64,000 bases of DNA from NCBI RefSeq assembly GCF_009914755.1, contig NC_060932.1; one strand, written 5' to 3'. Position 1 is the stretch's first letter, and each line of letters starts with the position of its first letter. A model generated the notes under the pieces. The model saw only the letters and a list, made by a program, of their open reading frames with translations, was not told the origin of the DNA and did not search any database. Below are positions 57,392-64,000 of this stretch, piece after piece. This DNA is from the human T2T-CHM13v2.0 reference genome, Homo sapiens. Made by a program: the position numbers and the translations under genes.

Positions 57392-58394
57392 TGTGACCAT
57401 CTGATGAGTTCTTCCTACCCACAGTACAAACAACATCAAATCATGGGAACAGTGGCATTGCAGTAAAAAAAGAGTTTAATTCATGCAAGTCTGGTTACGC
57501 CTTGAGGGAGATGCAATTATTACTGAAATCAATCTCTCTGAGCATTTGGGGGCTAGGATTTTTCAAAAGTAGTTTGGGTGAAGGGTTGGGGGTGGCTAGG
57601 CAATGGGTGCTCACTGTTGACTTGCTGAGGGTGAAATCATAGGGGTGTGGGAAATGGTCCTCCTTCATGCTGAGACACTTCCGGGTGAGGCCATAGGAGC
57701 CATAGGTGGGTCCTGTGCCACTAACCTTTGCCACCCTCTGCCCCGGCCATCAAAGGACCATCTGCATTTTTCCCACCTTTAAAGGATACTCCCTTCCTCT
57801 GTGATGCCACTCTGTATGCCAAAAGGAAAAGTCAAGCTTGAGAATCGAGTCACACAAAACCACTTCCCATTTTGTTCCTAAATAGATAGCTACAAAGATA
57901 AGAGTTTACATACCCCCCTCACAATTTGCTCACCAGGGAATTCCCTGTGGGCCACAGATGGGTCCAGGTGGAGCCATCAGTCATCAGAAATGGAAAATTG
58001 CTGAAAAGGTGTCTCCAAATGCCAATCTTAGGTTCTACAATAGTTATGTTGTCTGCAGGAGCAATTGGAGAAACTGCATATCTTGTGACCTCTGGAATAA
58101 CGGCTGGAATTACATCTAACCTCTGGAATTAAGTTGACACCTTAGTAGAATTCAGGCTCCTCTATCCCCATAGCCTCGTGATTTTTCATGAGCTTTACAA
58201 AGGCATCTGAGTCTGGGAGAAGGGCTTTTATCATTTAAACTATAAAATAAATGTCTCTGAAAGTTATCTTGGCCTAAGCCCAAGAACAACTAAGGGCAGC
58301 TTGAAGACCAAAGGCAGAATGGGGGTTGGTCAGATCAGATCTCCCCCACTGCTATAATTTTCTCACTGTTACAATTTTTGCAAAGGTGGTTTCA
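57392..58394 (-). mobile_element. MER4-group ERV1 LTR (LTR8/MER4D/MER39-like) carrying an insertion at about 57714-57948
   Basis: TGTGACC...CATTGCAGTAAAAAAAGAGTTTAATT ... CAGATCTCCCCCACTGCTATAATTTTCTCACTGTTACAATTTTTGCAAAGGTGGTTTCA. Confidence 0.8.
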
Positions 58395-58604
58395 CACATT
58401 TGGGGTCTGAAGAGTCATAATAATTGTTGATTAATCGCAGACTTTTCAGGCCAAACTTGAGGTTTGATCAGTAATATAATTCTCTCAAACATACAGATTC
58501 CTGGAAAATTTCATTATAGTCACATATGTGGGTTAATAATCATATCAAAATATTTTCTGGATATTGTACTTATTCCTGCTGTATTTATTTACTTTTTTTC
58601 AGTG

Positions 58605-58631
58605 CTCTCTCTGTCTCATCTCTCTGTCTCA

Positions 58632-58676
<45 letters not shown>
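58605..58676. repeat. (TC)n(CA)n compound microsatellite
   Basis: Read directly from the sequence. Confidence 0.95.
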
Positions 58677-58678
<2 letters not shown>

Positions 58679-59521
58679 TGGTGTATCTCTTGAGGCTATC
58701 TGAAACACTTGCCCTAGTAGGAAATGTACTTGCAGACCGCTTCCCAACCTTTAATGTCTTGAATTTATAAATTCTTTCTATCACCTGTAAAACATCCAGT
58801 TTTTCCAGAGCTCATCTCTATGTTTGTAGTACTTTGCTGTAAGCCTTAAGAAACACCACTGATACATATTGACATTCTGGATCTATACAAATGTTTCCCC
58901 TAGAATTGCAAGCTTAGTAGGCACATGGCTTGATTTTCAAGTTTTCAAAGGTGACAGTTTGGCAAGTATTTTCTCTGACACAAGAAAGGTATATAGCAAT
59001 ACAACCTGCAATACCTGCCATATCTATGTACTTGCTGTAAGCTGCCTAACTATTAAGACTTTTCAGGATATTTTGAGTTATATAGCAAGCCATTTTCTAC
59101 AGCAACTGTTATATTGGTTACAACAGATTAAACTTATAAATAACCCACAGGTTGATTCAAGTTGGAATAGCAGGGACTCGATTTATACTCTCATGTGACC
59201 TAATAACAAAAAGACAAAAATATATGAAACACTGGCATTGAAGACACTGGTCATTCAACAACAACAAAAAACAGGGATTCCTGAGGTACACAAAATAATG
59301 TCATAACACCTATGCATGCCCATCTTATTTGCTGGAGGGGCTGTCCAGATCATGGCTTATGGAGAGGAAACCCAGGCAGAACTTGGTGGAGGTAAAATCA
59401 GGAATCTGAAGAAGCCAAATTCTCTATTATACACTCGGTAGAACACTGGAGAGAAAAAACCCACACAGAAAGAGAACTCCTTAGATGTGCAGACTCCCCT
59501 TCAGGGATTCAATTAAGTACT

Positions 59522-60657
59522 TGTGAAAAAAAAAAAAATCTCAGGACCCCAAACTCACTATGCGGAAGAGAAAAGTCAAGCTTAAGAACGGAGTCACAGA
59601 AAACCACTTCCCATTTTGTTCCTAAATAGATAGCTAAAGACACAAGTTTACATACCTCCCTCACAATTTGTGCACTAGGAAATTCCCTGTGGTCCCCAAG
59701 ACATTTACCCTAAAACAATTCTGTTGAATTTCATCCTGACAATGTAAATTAACAGCTTATCTTCACAGGTATAGGACAAAGGACAGAATTCAAAATCATC
59801 CCTCTGCTCACCTGACACAACTACATATTTGTCTGCTTTCTCTAATCTGTGTTTAGCTTACGTAAAAATGCAGATTCACTGAGCATGAGAGGCATGCATA
59901 ATTGACTGACCCCCTCCTTTCAAATGTAAAATGTCGATTCAGAAAACGCTGATCAAAGACTCAAAAGAATGCAGCTATGCAACCTCTTGCCCCTTTTATC
60001 TATCTTCCCTCTCCTTTTTTTCTTCTTTCCCTTTCCTCTTTCCCCGACTGCCCACCCTTTCCCCTTTAAATAGAGAAGACCCCAGGCTGCCTTTGGAAAA
60101 GCTTAGATCACACACGTTCCTGTGGTTTTGTGTTCCTTTTTCCCAGTTTAAAAGGAAAACTTCAGACAATTTAAATTTAACGGAGTTTAATTACACAAGG
60201 AAAAAAAAATTCATGAATTGGGCAGCACCCAGGATCACATCAGATTCAGATGGACTCCAGGGATGCCTCATGGTCAGAAAAAAATTATAAACAAATAAAG
60301 GAAAGTGGTGTACAGAAATCGGAAGTGAGGTACAGAAACAGCTGGATTGGTTACAGCTTGGCATTTGCCTCATTTGAACACAGTTTGAACACTCAGCAGT
60401 GTATAGGTGGCTGAAGTATGGCTGCTGGGATTGGCTAGGACTCAGCTATTGTTATGTGCACGTACTCTTGTTAGGTTTTCACTCTAGTCTACCTATTATG
60501 TTAGGTTACGGTTTGTCCAAAAGGACTGAACTATAAAATTACAGAGTCATTCTCTGGCCATATTTGGTCCTCTTTAATACCAGGCAGGTCCTCGACTTTG
60601 GGAAAATTAAACTCTAAAATTCCTGAGACTTACCTCAGTCATTTTCTTTGATTTACA
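59522..60657 (+). mobile_element. MER4 (B/C/E-like) ERV1 LTR, split by MER57A
   Basis: TGTGAAAA..AATCTCAGGACCCCAAACTCACTATG ... (60146) // (60580) ..CTGAGACTTACCTCAGTCATTTTCTTTGATTTACA. Confidence 0.8.
60147..60579 (-). mobile_element. MER57A-type ERV1 solo LTR nested in the MER4 LTR
   Basis: GTACAGAAATCGGAAGTGAGGTACAGAAACAGCTGGATTGGTTACAGC..TTTGAACACAGTTTGAACAC; 4-bp TSD CCAG (60143-60146, 60580-60583). Confidence 0.8.
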
Positions 60658-60722
60658 TTGTGTTGTATCAAAAGATGCATTTGAGGAAGGAATTTGAGGC
60701 TGAGGAAGAAACCTATTCAAAA

Positions 60723-61448
60723 TGTAACCAGTGGGTTCTCTTTGTCCACTGCCTAGACAGAGCCAATTTATCAAGACAGGGAAATTGCAATAGAGAAAGA
60801 GTAATTCATGCAGAGTCAACTGTATGGGAGATAGAGTTTTATTATTACCCCAATCAGTCTCCCCGAGAATTCAGGGATTTTTTTTTTCTTAAGATAATTT
60901 GGTGGATAGGGGCCAGTGAGTCAGGAGTGTTGATTGGTTGGGTCAGAGATGAAATCATAGAAAGTTGAAGCTGTCCTTTTGCACTGAGTTGTTTCCTTGG
61001 TCGGGGCCACAAAACCAGATGAGCCAGTTATCTATCTGGGTGGTGCAAGCTGATGCATCAAGTACAGGTTCTGCAAAATACCTCAAGCACTCGTAGTCAG
61101 TTTTATAATAGAGAAGTTATTCCCAGGAGCAATTTGAGGAGGTTCAGAATCTTAAAGCCTCTAGCTGTATGACTCTTAAACCATAAATTCTAATTTTGTA
61201 GCTAATTTATTTGTCCTGCAAAGACAGTATAGTCCCCAGATAGGAAGAAGGTTTGTTTTGGGAAAGGGCTGTTATCCCATCTTTGTTTCAAAGTTAAACT
61301 ATAAACTAAGTTCCTCCTAAAGTTAGTTTGGTCTATACCCAGGAACGAACAAGAACAGCTTGGAGGTTAGAAGCAATATGGATTTGGTTGGGTCAGAACT
61401 CTCACTGCAATAATTTTCTTAATTATGATTTTTGCAAGGGTGGTTTCA
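60723..61448 (-). mobile_element. LTR8/LTR8A-type ERV1 solo LTR
   Basis: TGTAACC..CTGCCTAGACAGAGCCAATTTATCAAGACAGGGAAATTGCAATAGAGAAAGAGTAATTCA ... TTTTGCAAGGGTGGTTTCA; flanks AAAA/AAAA. Confidence 0.82.
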
Positions 61449-61735
61449 AAAAGATTAAAGAGAATGGCGCTCACAGATCACATAGGGTCAGGGATAATGC
61501 TCATTTCAAGGCAGAGTAGAAAGCCTTGTAATTAATGGGGAATCAGATAGAGTATTAGGAAGGGTCTTACCTTTAATAAAAATTAAAATTTAGCCCTAGA
61601 GTAAATACAGTGCAGATCTTCCCTAACAAAGCTTACAAGCAAGACATGAAAGTAGCAAACTATATTCAAGTAATTTAATTATGTCTCACAGAAAAGCTCA
61701 AACATATTTTTAGGAAAACAAAAATATTCAGCACC

Positions 61736-62043
61736 ATCACATGTTGTGGGAGGGACCCAGTGGGAAGTAACTGAATCATGGAGGTGATTACCTCCATGCT
61801 GTTCTCATGATTGTGAATGAATTCTCACAAGATCTGATGGTTTTATAAGGGAGTTTTCCTCTTTTGCTTGGCACTTCTCCTTCCTGCTGTCATGTGAAGA
61901 AGGACGTGTTTGCTTCCCGTTCCGCCATGATTCCTGAGACCTCCCGAGCCATGTGGAACTGTAAGTCAATTAAATCTCTTTCCTTTATAAATTACCCAGT
62001 CTCAGGCAGATCTTTCTAGCAGCCTAAGAATGCACTACTATAA
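61736..62043 (+). mobile_element. THE1/MSTA-type MaLR LTR lacking its 5' end
   Basis: CACATGTTGTGGGAGGGACCCAGTGGGA..GAATCATGG..AATTACCCAGTCTCAGGCA. Confidence 0.88.
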
Positions 62044-63162
62044 CAACCAAGACAAGATACCAGTGATCATGGTCTTTTTCTACACAGTAGTAATTTTCAT
62101 ATACATTATATGTTCTATTATTTCGTTTTAGTTTCCTATGTTTGCAGAAAAAGTAAGGGCATAATAACAATGGTGTTCTGATTATTCTATTCATGAAGTT
62201 AACATTGCTGGAAAACTAAAAAAAATCTAGATAGAGGCAAATATCTTCAATATTATACCACATTAACTTCCACTGAAGAAAAGTTTTCAGGAAATCATAG
62301 TGAAACTAAATATTATTAAGGTTTAGAAGGATATTAAAGAAATAAAAGATTGGCTTCCTGGACAATGGGACAGTCTACATTATATCATTTGCTATTTAAG
62401 TTCTAAATAAATTAAAAACTCTTTTCTCCATAATATCATGAGTAATGTAATGTGCATGCTAAAAAACACCATTTAAAACTAACACATACCATATGGTTAA
62501 TGCTCTGTGGAAATTTCTTTTTCTTACTATTAAATTTTATTATCCTGTATATTTAATTCCAGGACAAAATCTTATTTATTTGGTTTTTCTTATTTTTGCT
62601 ACTACCATAACAACACATAATTCAATGACCCAAAGCTATCTTCCTCTTTTCCTTTTCTTTAATATTGTAATCTACATATGTGTCCCTGTTTAGGTATTGA
62701 TATCATCTATCACAAAGGCTATTTTCTGCAGGTGTACATGTTCCTTTGATGACCTTAGTTTATTGTTACCAAAATTTATTAAATGTGATTCCTTGTCTAC
62801 ATAAACATTTTTTTTTTTTCATTTAATAGTGAGGATTACAATGCAAGGACACTTTCACCTATTCCTGGGGGTGTTCATGAACAAATATAAAGCAGTGCTA
62901 TGTGAAATGAATAAATATTGGGGGTGGAGTAAAGGAAATAGAACAGATTTCTGAAAGTACAACACATTTAAAAGAAATTTAATTTCTATAAATTTGTACC
63001 TTATTGCAGGCCTGGTTATAGAAAATCTATTCTTGAAAGCCCATTTCGTTTTATAAAATATTTTCCTTACCATACTTTAAAACTGAAACCATATAGTAAT
63101 TTACAGAAGGGAGTGATGGGGGGCACGGTATTTAATACTAAGTTTAGGAAGAAAATATATCT

Positions 63163-63486
63163 TTTTTCTTCTTCTTTCTTTCTTTCTTTCTTTTTTTTTT
63201 TTTTGAGACAGGGTCTCACAATGGCATGATCTCGGCTCACTGCAGCTTCCCTCAGGATCCCAGATTTAAGCATTTCTCCCATCACAGCCTCCCAAGTAGC
63301 TGGGACTAGTACAATCACGTGCCACCATGCCCCGCTATTTTTTTTTTTTTTTTTTTTGTATTTTTTGGTAGAGACAGGCTTTCACCATGTTCGTCAGGCT
63401 GGTCTTGAACTCCTGACCTCAAGTGATGTGCCCACCTCGGCCTCCCAAAGTGCTAGGATTACAGGCATGAGCTACTGCGCTTGGCC
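63163..63486 (-). mobile_element. Alu (AluJ/S) with internal deletion and (CTTT)n tail
   Basis: Antisense dimer; degenerate TSD TAGGAAGAAAATATATCT / TAGGAAGAGGAGATATCT. Confidence 0.92.
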
Positions 63487-64000
63487 TAGGAAGAGGAGAT
63501 ATCTATGTTGTTTCCTAAAAAGCCAAAAAACATGTAGAAAAAGATATATAGGAATATGCATTAAAATACAAGTATTCAAAAATATATAGAAATATGTAGA
63601 GGATTGCTTTCATCATAACACATACAATATCTGAGACACATTTAGGTTGATACCCAATAATTGTATTAAAGGTCAAGTGATAAAACTGTAAAGGGAATGA
63701 TTTTTACTCAGTTAAAACACGTGAATATTTGTGCTATCACTTGATTAGTTCTCTGGTTCATTTTACTGTTAACTCATTAAACAACACCCACTATATTGTT
63801 TATTCAACTGTAATTTAATAAGCCATTGAGACTCATCCTTGAGAATTGGAGGAGAGGAAGGGGATCAGTAAAGAAACATCCATCACTGCTGTTCACAGAG
63901 TTCTTGCTAATGTGGCCAACAAACCATGTGTGAATGAAGGTCAATGACAATTGAGGGAAGACTTGGAAATAACTAGGGCAGGTCCAAGACATAACGAAGT

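Larger units (their letters stand above)
59160..61735 (+). mobile_element. Old L1M 5' region (59160-59520 and 61450-61735), host of the LTR cluster
   Basis: AATAGCAGGGACTCGATTTATACTC..AAAATATATGAAAC; resumes ..AAATTTAGCCCTAGA..AAAAGCTCAAACATATTTTTAGGAA. Confidence 0.5.

Overview
AT-rich human-type (primate) non-coding genomic DNA, dense in interspersed repeats, with no intact protein-coding gene, RNA gene or CRISPR array that I can support. A near-perfect AluYa5 at 20560-20821 points to Homo sapiens. The only gene-derived sequence is a 5'-truncated, frameshifted processed pseudogene of the chaperonin subunit CCT3 (about 51180-52035). The rest is about 14 Alu/FLAM copies, many MaLR solo LTRs (THE1/MST/MLT1, several with intact 5-bp TSDs), MER4-group ERV1 LTRs clustered and partly nested at 56.5-62 kb, old L1M, L2 and MIR fragments, an internal L1PA ORF2 fragment, DNA transposons (MER33, Tigger) and microsatellites. 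Nearly all ORFs in the track are repeat-derived or chance frames. I found no new multi-gene system. The most unusual signals are fossil DNA-repair or template-switching scars: a two-donor templated insertion inside an LTR, snap-back hairpins inside an Alu, and an inverted-repeat-flanked L2 micro-inversion. Repeat subfamily names come from recalled consensus sequences and need RepeatMasker/Dfam confirmation.
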